The notes under the pieces were generated by a model. It was not told the DNA's origin. It worked only from the letters and a program-made list of their open reading frames with translations, and ran no database searches. A DNA stretch of 64,000 nt, taken from Camelus dromedarius (Eukaryota). This document shows, piece after piece, positions 27,101-39,322 of the stretch (position 1 is the stretch's first letter; the number at the start of each line of letters is the position of its first letter). Location: the NCBI RefSeq assembly GCF_036321535.1, contig NC_087436.1, forward strand, positions 64,234,001 to 64,298,000. Reading direction: 5' to 3'. The position numbers were made by a program, and so were the translations under genes.

Positions 27101-27984
27101 ATAGGTCGCTTTGTGAAACCGTGTCTGTGTTTTCCTGCCAGGCACATAAATACCAGGTAGGTCGGTTCCAGCGATTGTTTTCCTGACTTTGTGGCTATGG
27201 TGAATCATTATGAGGTGCAGCTGGGACCCCAGAGCTAGACGGTAGAGAGGGATCTCTTTTTGAAAACAGGTCTGCCTTTGTCCAGTCACCCTGAAAGGAA
27301 CCATTTTTCTCTAAAAGACTTTTTCCGAGTGTCCTAAATATTCTGTAATATACAGGATGATTAGGGTTTAGACAAGATTTTACCTTATCAAAATCTTAAT
27401 CTCAACTGAGTTAAAAATTCTTTCCCTTTTTTGTCCAGAATAATAGTGTCTTGCGAATCTGCATGTCGGAAATATTAGAGAGAGCAAACTGAGACTGGCA
27501 ATAGAGGCTGGAAGTAGGACCAGGATACCTCTTAACAACTGTGAGAGGTCATTGTTTCTTGTTTAATGGCCTTAGGAAGCAGGGCTCTGTGACAGTGGCT
27601 GGCATAAGGGGGAATGCCATTCAGCAGAGCCTACATTGCAGACTCAACCAGGGAAAGAAGGGCACCTAACTTCCCTCCTTCAGTCATTGGCTGTCATCAC
27701 AACCACCCTTGGTACTCCAGAGCTTCCCGTTTCTCAAGTAACTGGTAAAAACAAAAGATTAAATAGGTTACTAAAGTATATATAAAAAGTTATAATTAAA
27801 CTCTTCCTACTTCCTTGTGTCCCTTGAACCAGACTCAGAGTTCTGGGCTGTTTGCTCTACTTGGCTGGGCTCGGTCATGTAACCCTGTCCTTACTCCAAG
27901 GACAATTTTTCTCTGTTCCTAATGGGAGGTTCAGCTACCTTTATACTGTGTGACTTCTGCTCAGCCCTCAGATCTTACAAGGAA

Positions 27985-28250
27985 GGGCAGCACAGTGCCT
28001 TGTGGTTTTGAGTTGAGCTCCTGAGGAGCTGCCTGGTTTGAACTCCTTTTTGGCTACTGTGGGGCTTTGTAAACAGTGATGTCTTCTTGGAAAATTATTT
28101 AATTGTTCTGTACCTCAGCTTCCTCATCGGGAAAAGTAATGACAATAATAGTGTATAACTTAAGTATTATGAGGATTAAATTAATTGAACTTTTCCAAGT
28201 GCTTTGATGTTTTAAATGAAGCTGAGCATATAGTAGGTATTTAGTACTAA
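27985..28250 (+). mobile_element. MIR
   Basis: ctgcctggtttgaact..ttatttaattgttctgtacctcagcttcctcatc..tattatgaggattaaat. Confidence 0.75.
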
Positions 28251-28330
28251 GTAAAGACATCTGTTTATAAGATCTCACAGCCCCATGGATTTCTCTTTAG
28301 AAGCATTGGTCAGAGATGCAGTTTTACCTT

Positions 28331-28354
28331 TGTGTGTGTGTGTGTGTGTGTGTG
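28331..28354. repeat. (TG)12 microsatellite
   Basis: Directly visible; degenerate extension to 28370. Confidence 0.95.
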
Positions 28355-29674
28355 AGTGTGTATGCGTGTGATTCAAGTCTGTCTCTTCATTTGATGGCTG
28401 TGCTCTTGGACATTTAAAAACTTGTTTTATATTAAAAAATCATTTTTACATCATCCTAATAACATTTTATTCCTTGTAAAATATTCTTGGTCACTCTTTT
28501 GAAGTTGAATTTGGATAGAAAAAGAGATAAATAGATTTTGCCATATGAATCTTCTAAATTCTAAGTGTTACCCACTTTCAAGGCCAGTTATAGTTTACAA
28601 CATGAGAATATTGCACAGAATACAAATGTCAAGAGAATATATAATATGAAAGTGAATTTAGGATATGGTTATGTGTGAATTGTTTGAGAAGTCATGCACA
28701 ACTCCAAAGGCCCTAACTATATGTGCCTGGGAAGGAAAAGAAGGCAGTATATTTTTTATTATGGTTGTACCCCCAGTAAGAATTAGTTTCACTCTGTCTT
28801 ATCTGTTTAAAGAAAAAAAATACCTTGAAAGAATGGGGTATACTATCTACCAGCTGGATGTTTTATTTTACATTGACTATGCATACTGATTACATAAGGC
28901 TAACTTAAATTCAACTTTTCAATTCTAGTTACTTTGTCACATTTTTAGACAGTACATCATGGTAAGATGTGCAGCTGAGAGGAAATTCTTTTTTTCATAT
29001 CATCAGAAAAACTATGATTTTGAAAGGGGCTGAGGAGAAAAATCTTGATCCTAAGTCCTTCTGAGGCAGATTCATTTAAAAAAACAAAAGAGAATATGTT
29101 GAATTTTAAGACCTGAAAATTTATTATCTTAAAATTACCTGAGATTCCCATACCTTTTAGAGAGTCTTTCCATATTCCCAGAGTAGACATACCCGAGTTT
29201 AAAAAATGCTGTATTAAAACCCTTAGGTAACAACTGAAAATAACAGGGTAACCAAAAAGACAGAGTAATTCTTATCTGATTTATGGAAGCATTTAGATAA
29301 CAGTGATTTCTTAGAACTGTGGAAGTGGTCAATATAGATGTTCTTGGACAGAATTTTTGCTAATTTTGGACATTTTTATAATATTTTGATACCTACTCTA
29401 AGGTCACAGATGTTATGATCACAAACAGCAAAAAGAAACCATATTTGAGAAACAATAACCAAGGTAGCACAAAGTGGAAGATTGTGGTTGGCTTTGGATA
29501 CTAGAGTCAGTATTTTTAGCATATACTTGATCTGTTACTATGTTTATGACATTACTTATTGATTAACAGAAAAACATGCTGTATGTAATGGTGTTGGGAG
29601 GATAATGGAGTAGAACAATACAAAATGCTTTGGGGTGAAGAGATACTTAAACTATTACAGTAGTATCAGACAAG

Positions 29675-30152
29675 ATGTTATATTATCTTGGTGCATGAAA
29701 GAAATTACTCAAATTATTATCTTGAAACAAACATTATCTCGAGTTATGTGGGTTATGAATCTGAGTGTTACTTAGCTGAATGCCACTGGTTCTGTGTCTC
29801 TCATGAGATTGCAGTCAAGCTGTTGGCCTGGACTACAGTCTCATCTGTAGGCTTAAGTGTAGGAGAATCCTCTTCCAGGCTTACTCATGTGGGTCTCTCT
29901 ACTGGGCTGCATCATGACATGGCAGCTGGGTTCCTCCAGAGTAAACCATATGAAATAGAGAGTGTCTAAGACGAAAGCCACAGTCTTTTTACTATCTAAT
30001 CTTGGAAGTGACATCCTATCACTTCTACAATATCCTGTTTGGTAGAAGTGAGTCAGTAGGTTCAGTCCAGCCTCAAGGGGAATGGATTACATGTGGGTAT
30101 AGATACTTGCAGGCAAGAATCACTGGGGTCCATTTTGAGGCTGCCCACCACA
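29675..30152. mobile_element. ERVL-MaLR solo LTR (MLT1F/H-like)
   Basis: Characteristic blocks tctctcatgagattgcagtcaagctgttgg, catgacatggcagctgggttcctccagag, ggaagtgacatcctatcacttct, ending ggctgcccaccaca. Confidence 0.8.
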
Positions 30153-30204
30153 GATATTAAAGCCTGAGATATAGATTTGGTAGAAGTACAAAGAAAGATC
30201 TGCA

Positions 30205-30965
30205 TTGCTTTGCAAAAGCTTTAAAGTTTAGTTAGGTCCTGTTTGTTTATTTTTATGGCCTGGATAGATTGCCCTAGGAGAACATTGCTAAGATTTATGC
30301 CAGAGAATGTTTTGCCTATGTTTTCTTTTAGGAGGTTTATAGTTTCTTGTCTTAGATTTAAGTCTTTAAGCCATTTTGAGTTTATTTTTGTGTATGGTGT
30401 GAGGGAGTGTCTAACCTTATTGATTTACATGTAGCTGTCCAGCTTTCCCAACACCACTTGCTGAAGAAACAGTTTTCTCCATTGTATATTCCTGTCTCCT
30501 TTGTGAAAGATTAATTGACCGTAGTGTGTTGGTTCATTTCTGGGCTCTCTATTCTGTTCCATTGATCCATATGTCTATTTTTGTGCCAATACTGTGCTAT
30601 TTTGATTACTGTATTGTCTGAAGTTGGGGAGGGTTATTCCTTTAGCTTCATTGTTTTCTTCAGAATTGCTTTGGCAATTCTGGGTATTTTTGATTCCATT
30701 TAAATTTTAGGATTATTTGTTCTAGTTCTGTGAAAGATGTCCTAGATAATTTGATAGGGATCACATTAAATCTGTAGATTGCTTTGGGTAGTATGACCAT
30801 TTTAACAATATCAATTCTTCCAATCCAAGAACATGGAATATTCTTCCATTTCTTTGAGTCATCTTTAATTTCCTTAATCAGTGTTTTATAATTCTCTCTG
30901 TATAAGTCTTTCACGTCCTTGGTCATGTTTATTCCTAAGTATTTTATTACTTTTTTTGATGTGAT
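30205..30965 (-). mobile_element. L1 ORF2 fragment, inverted 5' segment of a twin-primed L1 insertion
   Basis: Minus-strand ORF 30660-30926 ([55 protein letters not shown]) is canonical L1 ORF2p sequence. Confidence 0.95.
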
Positions 30966-32080
30966 AGGAAACTATAAACAAAACAAAAAGACAACATGCA
31001 AAACAGGAAAAAATATTTGCAAATGATGTGACAGACAAGAGCTTGATTTACAGAATATACAAACAGCTCATACAACTCAATAACAAAAAGACAAACAACC
31101 CAATCAAAAAATGGGCAGAAGACCTAAACAAACATTTTTCTAATGAAGACATACCAGTGACCAATAGGCACATGAAAAAAATGCTCAATATAGCTAATTA
31201 TCAGAGAAGTGCAAATTAAAACTACAATGAAGTGTCACCTCACACACATCAGAATGGCCATCATTAAAAGTCCAGAAGGCGTAAGTGTTGAAGAGGGTGT
31301 GGAGAAAAGGGAGCCCTCCTATACTATTGGTGGGAATGTTATTTGGTGCAGCCATTATGGAAAACAGTATGGAGATTCCTCAAAATACTAAAAACAGACT
31401 TACCCTGTGATCCAGCCATCCCTCTCCTGGGCTTATATCCACAGGAAACTCTAATTCAGAAGGACACATGCACTCCAGTGTTCATAGCAGCACTGTTTAC
31501 AACAGCCAAGACATGGAAGCAACCTAAATATCCACGGACAGATGACTGGATAAAGAAGCTGTGATATATTTATACAATGGAATACTACTCAGCTATAAAA
31601 AATGAATAAAATAAGGCCATTTTCAGCAACATAGATGGACCTGGAGATTGTCATACTAAGTGAAGTAAGCCAGAGAGAGAAAGAAACCATATGATACCAC
31701 TTATATGTGGAATCTAAAAAAAAATACGAATGAACTTACTTACAAAACAGAAACAGATTCACAGACATAGAAAACAAACTTATAGCTACCAGGGGGAAGA
31801 AGGAGGTGTGGAGGGATAAAGTGAGAGTTCAGGATTTGCAGATACTAACTACTATGTATAAAATAGGTAAACAGCAATGTCCTACTGTATAGTGCAGGAA
31901 ACTGTATTCAGTATCTTGGAATAGCCTATAATGAAAAAGAAAATGAAAAGGAATATCTATATATCTATATCTATATCTATATCTATATCTATATCTATAT
32001 CTATATCTGAATTGTTACGCTGTACACCAGAAACTAACACAAAATTGTAAACCAACTATACTTTAATTTTTTTTAAAAAG
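30966..32080 (+). mobile_element. L1 ORF2 C-terminus plus 3' UTR, non-inverted 3' segment of the same insertion
   Basis: Frameshifted ORF2p pieces ([66 protein letters not shown]) followed by an artiodactyl-type 3' UTR ending ctgtacaccagaaactaacacaaaattgtaaaccaactatac. Confidence 0.95.
31961..32008. repeat. (ATATCT)8 hexanucleotide microsatellite in L1 3' UTR
   Basis: Directly visible. Confidence 0.95.
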
Positions 32081-33129
32081 GAAAAATCTACACTGAAGAA
32101 AGTATTGATGGACTTTGGAAAGGTAGCCTCAGTTTTTAACCACAGCTCTGTGTCTAACTTAAGATACAACACTGAGATAATTTACTTATCTTCTTTAGGC
32201 CATAGGTTTCCCATTTGTATAGTGAGGTGTTAGGCTCAATTATACCTCAGGTTTTGTTATTTGGTGCTATTTCCGTTTCTCTTTTGCATACAATTGAATT
32301 TTAGGAGCCAAGAAATCTGATTAGTATAAGGGTCAACAGTGCTACAGATAAATTAAATAGATTGAAAACTATGAAGAGGTCTCGGGGTTTGAAAATTTTA
32401 ATAAAGCAGTAGGGGATTTTTTGAGAGAATTTTCACTGAATGAGGGAGACAGAACCTGGGCTGGAAGTAATTAGAGGCTGATGTGGCTGTGAGGTTAATG
32501 GAGTTGACATTTACTGGCTGCTAAGGTGAAAATTTTGGCAGCGGTATGGACAGGACACCTCTTTGTATGTGTTTAAATGTATGTATATTTTTTAAGCATG
32601 AGAGACTTTCATATATTTCTGAGAAGGATGGAGACCAGGAGTAAAAAGGAGCCCTTTCCTTGTTCACCTTTGTACCCTAGATACTTTTTCAGTACCGGGA
32701 GCAAAGCAAACACAGGGCAAGGGTCTGGTGGGTGAATGAAAGCAGCTTTTCCATCTCCCATCATCAGAGGCTGGGGTATATGGCTAAGAGCAGGCACTAC
32801 ACTAAATCCTGGCTCTAGCACTTCTTATTTTGGTGACATGTATTTGAGCAAGTTCCTTAGATTTTTGGATGGCTCAGCTTTTCCATATGTAAAATGGGTG
32901 TATTTCCAGACTGTACAAGACATAAATGAAGGAAGAAACAAAGAGAAACCCAAAACATAAGTAATGTTTACAATAGGGCATAAGATGTGCTAAGAGCTTA
33001 ATACGTATCAAACCTTATTATTAACTACTTTTATTTAAGAAGAAAAATTTTCAGTCATTTTCTGTTTGTCCTAACTTCTAATTCTCTGTTGTTTGGAACC
33101 TTAATCATTGGTTTGTTCAATTACAATTT

Positions 33130-33400
33130 AGTGAAGAAGAAATTTATTGACCTTCTATGAGTTGCCAAGCCTTGTGCCAGTCGATGGGAGTGTAAAAATA
33201 AATAAAATATGACATCGTCCTTTTGGGTCTTATTTTGAGCCAGGAGTTGCACACATGTGAACCAAGAGAGTAATAAAGTATTCTTGGCCTTGTGATAGAA
33301 TCTTGAATAGGCATTTTGAGGAATTATCAAGGAAAGCAATCCATGAATGTTATAGGAGTAGGGCTTATTTTGTGATGAAGAGGTTAACAAATGGATTGAC
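33130..33400 (-). mobile_element. L2 3' end fragment
   Basis: aaatttattgaccttctatgagttgccaagccttgtgccag..aaataaaatatgacatcgtcct. Confidence 0.55.
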
Positions 33401-36400
33401 GATGTAGATGATTAGGGAACTCATGCTTAATTCTTTATTTTTACAATGTAGCCCACAGACAGTATTTTACAAGAGTGAGTTCTGGCATACAATAAGAATG
33501 TTAGGACAACTTGTACAAAGCCCATCTGAAATATTCAAGATGTAGTCTTGCCATTTAGGTGCAGTTGTCTTATATGAACACCTTCTAAATAGGGCAAACA
33601 AAAGAATGTGAAGATCCTATCACCTTTTGTGAATCACAGCAAGAAAAATACATCAGAGTCTTTTCTGTGGGAGGCGTTGTTCTGTCTTCCTGCCAGATGA
33701 GCTCTAAAAGTTAAGGACAAGTAACAAACACATCTCAGTGAGAGTTGTGTTAAGTAGCACTTTTAGGACACTGAGATAATTTATTTATTGACATTATTTG
33801 TTGCATACGGAGGTTTTATAGGATATTATTAGTTGCCAAATTCATAGAACCAATGTGATACCATTGCCCAAAACTGTTCATAATTTTTTGAGGGTGAACA
33901 CGCTAAAATTTGTCTAACAAGAAGTATCAGTGAGAACACTTCAAATAGCAAAATAAACAAAAAATGAGAAATGTTCTTATTGTGTTTCTTATATAATTTT
34001 TTTTTTCACATAAACAGTAATGGATATGTTAACTTTAACTTCATCAACACCATAATAGATTTTATTAACAGGGAAAGACCTACGTATCTCAAAGCTTTAG
34101 CACTAAGGAATTACCAGCTCTTTAGTATCTAAAACATACATATATTTCACTTGAGTGCTATTGTAATTCATCTGTTTTACAAATGTAGTATATCTCCTCC
34201 AAAGGTCAATCATTTGCCCCCACAGATTTCGTTGCTGGTTAAATTAATGTAAATTACTGTCCAATTCTCATTAAATCACTATTGCCCAATTACACAAAGT
34301 TACGTTTTTAATTTAAAATGATAAATCTCTCACCAAAGAACTGTGGGCTTCATAAAGATCAATTAAACTATTTTAGATGAATCTAACAAACTATTTTAGA
34401 ATGTGGTGGAAAATGTGAAATAAATATCTTTCCACTGTGCTGTAATTGAAGATTCTGAAAAGAATTTCCTTGTCCTTCTTTGTTTATTACTGATTTGTTC
34501 TATAGTACTATTTCTCGCATGTCACATGCCACAGGGTCCCTTAATCCTCTATGTAAAAAATAGTGATATTTGTTTGAATCATGAAATTTTAAGCATGCTT
34601 TATCGGAACTTGGAGGAGATGAAAAAAGTTGAGATACTGTTAACAAAACTGCTATGTTACCTCAGCCAAAAGAAAAAATTATGGTCGATTCTGATTGAAT
34701 TCAGAGCTCGTTTCTGAAAGTGACAAAGATTTATAGTTTCTTTTCTTTCAGTCCCGCTTAGTCTCCATGGTACTAGATCTTTTTGGAAGTACATAAGAAA
34801 CAGTGCTAACGGAAGATATTTTCTATAAAGGTGTATTTTAAAAGTGGATTTGGGAAATGTTAGCAAAGCCACTCTGATTTTTTTTTTTTTTTGGTAACAG
34901 TGATGAATTATGTCTACCAAGTGTGGGTCTTGATTAATATTCATAAAATATATCTTACATTTTCTTTGTTTTGTCGAAATACTTGCGAAGATCTTGTGTT
35001 AACTGCTACAACCATAGCAATTTCTAAGGAGCCTTGATAATATTTCAAGGATTTAAACTTTAATTCAAGAATATTAAATCAGGGATAAATGAAACTTCTA
35101 AATTCTATTACCTCAGTAGATTTATAGACTATGTGCATTTAGTGTTGAAATCTATAGACATCATCTTATTCATTGTGAAGCAAATCTGTAGATCATTCAT
35201 TGATGAAAAAATGACAACCTTTAATTTCAAAAAGTACATGATGTTACACAAGTGTTTTAGTTAATAATTTAGACTTTGCTCTTAAAAGATTAAGTGGCTT
35301 CTCAGAAAAAATGTGGATGGATTAGCAACATTACAATTTGTCTTGGCCCAGGGGCACTTTTTCAGGCTGTGTTCAGTTGGGGTCATAACTTCTAATATTC
35401 ATCATTGTATTTGTAAGTTAGATTTTCTCTTGCCCAATAGCTACTATTTTACCTTCGGGCTAATTCATCTCTAATTAAGTATTCTTTCTAACCTAAGCTA
35501 CCATAATCAAGTATTCAGCAAATATTCTTCATATCAGTAGTTTATAAGGGTAATTGTTATTGTTAGCAATCTTCTGTCCCACCTTATACTTCCTATTTTA
35601 TTTATTTATTCAATAAAAGACTTGAACTCAGTTCATGGAAAAACACCGAAGAAATATACAGAAATAAATGAAAAGATATTGTACCGAAACTTACTCTTTG
35701 TGGTTTGGAAAAAAAGAATTATATAGTAATACGTCTGATACATAATTTTAAAAAAATCTTTCTTTCATAGCTTTTCAGTAATTTTTGGTTCACTATATCT
35801 AAACTAATTTCGACTATAGTTTGGGTCTCCACACAAATAATATAAAGTCAAAAAAGTCAACTGCACTGGATAAATTAATGAGAGTCCTCATTGTTATGTT
35901 AGAATATTCATGGCCAGAATTTTTATCTGGCAGTATGGTCAAGCTTTGTTGTGGTGGTCATTTCTGTTTTGTTATTATTAAGCTGTGGTAGCATTTACTT
36001 TCTAAAAATAGTGATACTTTAAGATAGCAATAACCCACATCAAAAATTATAACAAAGAATTGAACCAAAAAGGCCTACTATCTTTTTTGTAAAGGTATTA
36101 ATTTTCCATGAACCAGTGAATTCTCTGGACAAAACTGCCTGATACGAAAAATGTGTGAAATCAAAAGTTTGTACCCTTTCATTCCCTATGAGCAGAAATT
36201 TCCTTCCCAACAGTATTTTACATTTTCTTCAACTTCCCTAAGACATTTGGCAAATATGTCCCGGTACCAAGAGTGTGCAGGGGTAGGATGCTGAGAGCTT
36301 AGGTAAGTATACAACATTATCTCCTCCTTACTTGACCTAAGGCATTGAAAAGTCTATACATAATTTAAAATGTATCTTGGAGTATGTTTTGGGATTGGAG

Positions 36401-38912
36401 TTACTACTTTCTGCCTTAATATTATGGTCCTTTTTCTATTTTTTTTAAAGCTTTGATTATTTTGGTGCAAAAATATACTAGTAATAGAGTAGTCATAAAA
36501 AACTAGTCAGTTTTTAATATTTAATGCATTACTTTTCTCCTCTTAAAAAAGGCTTGAATTTGATGATTTTAAGAGTTTTCCTTAGTTCTGACATGCCATA
36601 ATTACCCAAATATGGACTGTGTACTTTTTACATATATTAAACTATTTAATTAATTTCTTCATAAAATGTCTTGAGTCACATGTTTCAATTTTATTTCCTT
36701 ATACATTTTCTTGGAGAATAGAGCATAAAATAATAATTACTTCATTTGGAATAGAATCTCCCAAAGCCAATAAAATGTTGATCTATGTCAGAGTAATTTT
36801 TATCAGTGTCTAGGATGAACTCTATGCTAAAAGGATTAATGCTACATTTCTTTCCAGATAACTTAGTATCTCCTAGGTAATTTTGAGATACACAGGCTCA
36901 CATTGAGAAACCTGTTTGTATAAAAGCATCTGCACTGATAGCAGGGTGTTCTGGTAACGGTATTAGTGATCCTTTGCTTTCTTGGCTGGACCACTGTAAG
37001 TTAAAGCAAAAGAGAAGAAATAAGAAGGAAACATAGTGGAGTCACATCTGAGAGGAGCTAATGGATGCTTTTGTTTAATGATGTCTGAAATGTATTTTTT
37101 TTAATACTCCTTAGCATTCAAAGAAAATTTTCCATTACATTAACTGTTTTAATCCCTGGAAACACTGATGTTCTCCAGATTGCCAATCACATTTCATTTT
37201 GGTCTCTGCTATATATCTTCATTTCTGAATCTCCGAAAAATTTAGGGAATCAGTGTATTTGACTCTTTCTATTTGAGATAAAGAGAATCATTGCTATATC
37301 TCTATCTTGGATCTGGATGATGAAGACGTTTTACAGTTTGATGTTTACTGGCAGTCTTCAGCAAATTTGCCCTTAACTATTGATTTGTAATAATACATCC
37401 CTTTCTATCTAAAATTTTTAAATGTGCCTGTGTGTGCACGTGTGTATGGTTTATTTATGTTCATGTGTATTTTTTTATGTTCATGTGAAATAATAAAATA
37501 ATTAAAGTAATACTATGTTTCCATGATGAAGGAAACAAATGTATAGACATACTTTTAAAAACCTCTTTTCTTTCTATAACATGTCACATAGGAAATAATG
37601 TATTTTTGTTGTTTGGTAGACACGGTTGCTGTATTTCAGCTGAACTGACAAAGGTTTTTCCTTTTTCTTTTTTTTTTTTTAATATTAGTTATTAGCAGAT
37701 TAACTCTAGACAGAATTGTCAAGAAGATGCGTCTTTGACATCTTAATTCTTAACGTTTTTTTCCCCCTTCCTATGGAATTCCTTGGTGGATAGTACATTA
37801 GAACCATAAAGCATTCCTGAAATCTGTAAAAAATATAGAATGTAGGGTATCATTCTTTCTACTGACTGGATAGGCCTGAATCTTAAAGGGAGGTCTATGT
37901 TGGAAAGTTTTAAAAAATATTTTTATTATAAGTAACTATTAAAAAGTTTAGGACATTGGAGAAGATTTAAATCAAAAACTATTTACTGAGCCCACCACTG
38001 GGGAATATAACATGGTGCATAATTCTTCCTTAAGGTGATTAAGGAAATTTGAGGGGTAAAAAATAGTATAAATTCACTGGAAACGTGTATATCAGAGGTG
38101 AAATTACCATATCTGTTTACATAATATTTTAAAATTTGAGGTCCACATTAATATTGTTCCCAATGATATAATTTTTCCTTTTTAAAAAATTAACATTGTT
38201 ACATTCCAAGAATGAAGATGTCTTAATTTTAAATTATAATGAATTACTTTGAAGTCATTAACTTTACACCTGAACAGTTTATAATGGTCAATATGGATAC
38301 TTTATATACAATTAAAAAATTAAAATGTATTTAACACACCTCTAGTAGTATATTGACTTTGATAAGGCACATTTATTTCTGACAGCTAGAATCTGAAACT
38401 ATATAATGGTCAGTGATCTGATTCATAAATAGTCGTAAGCTCAGTGATGAGATTTAATCAAATTAAAAGATTTCAGGCATTTCTTCATTCTGACAAAAGT
38501 GGCTTGGTGATTGCAAAGTTTTCTTTTTACAATGAATATATTAAAGAATAGCAATGAAAAAGGGAAGAAGAGGAAAAACAAGATAGCGTGTGCTGATCAG
38601 TGTTGCCACTGGGTAGACCTTGGTTTTCTCAGCTGCTTCAGGTGTGTTGAGGGACCTGGAGGAAGATGGACTTTGGCAATACTGAACTTCAGTAGGTGAA
38701 TAACACCCACCAGAAATACTCATGCCCTGCATGTGGGCAAAACTGATGCAGTTATTAGAATTTTAAAAAATGACAAGATTATGGAAAGCCATTAAATAAA
38801 ATTAATCCATTAAGACTTTCATGTTAGGAATACTTGGCATTTTATATATCAGTTAGGTTCCTTTGTCAAGACCATGGGGAAGTTTGAGAGAAAATACATT
38901 TATCTATGTTTA

Positions 38913-39322
38913 TATTTTTTCCTTCCAGTTTTGTTGAGATATGATTGACATATAGTACCATATAAGTTTAAGGTGTGCAGTATAATGATTTGACTTACAT
39001 ACATCATGAAATAATTACCACATTAAATTAGTGAACACCTATCATCTTATACAGATACAAAATAAAAGAAAAAGAAAAATGTTTTCCTTGCAATGAAAAA
39101 TCTTAGTATTTACTCTCTTAAAAACTTTCATATACAATACAGAGCAGTGTTAATTATATTGATCATGTTGTCCATTATATCCCTAGTATTTAGTTATCTT
39201 ATAACTGGAAGTCTGTACCTTTTGACAACCTTTGTCACCATATAAAAACATTACATTGTTGTTGACTGTATTTCCCACTCTGTACATTTTATCCTTGTGA
39301 CTCATTTATTTTGTAACTGGAA
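38913..39322 (-). mobile_element. L1 3' UTR fragment (artiodactyl/L1MA-like), probably with an internal deletion
   Basis: ttccagttttgttgagatatgattgacata...gtttaaggtgtgcagtataatgatttgac...tatcttataactggaagtctgtacc matches the recalled antisense L1 3' end. Confidence 0.8.

Noticed and set aside
26933..27304. 123-aa minus-strand ORF
   Set aside because: No recognisable homology; higher local GC explains the lack of stops. Treated instead as a candidate regulatory region.
34364..34400. Short local duplications (also near 37452, 53169, 55561, 62568)
   Set aside because: Ordinary slippage duplications of 10-19 bp.
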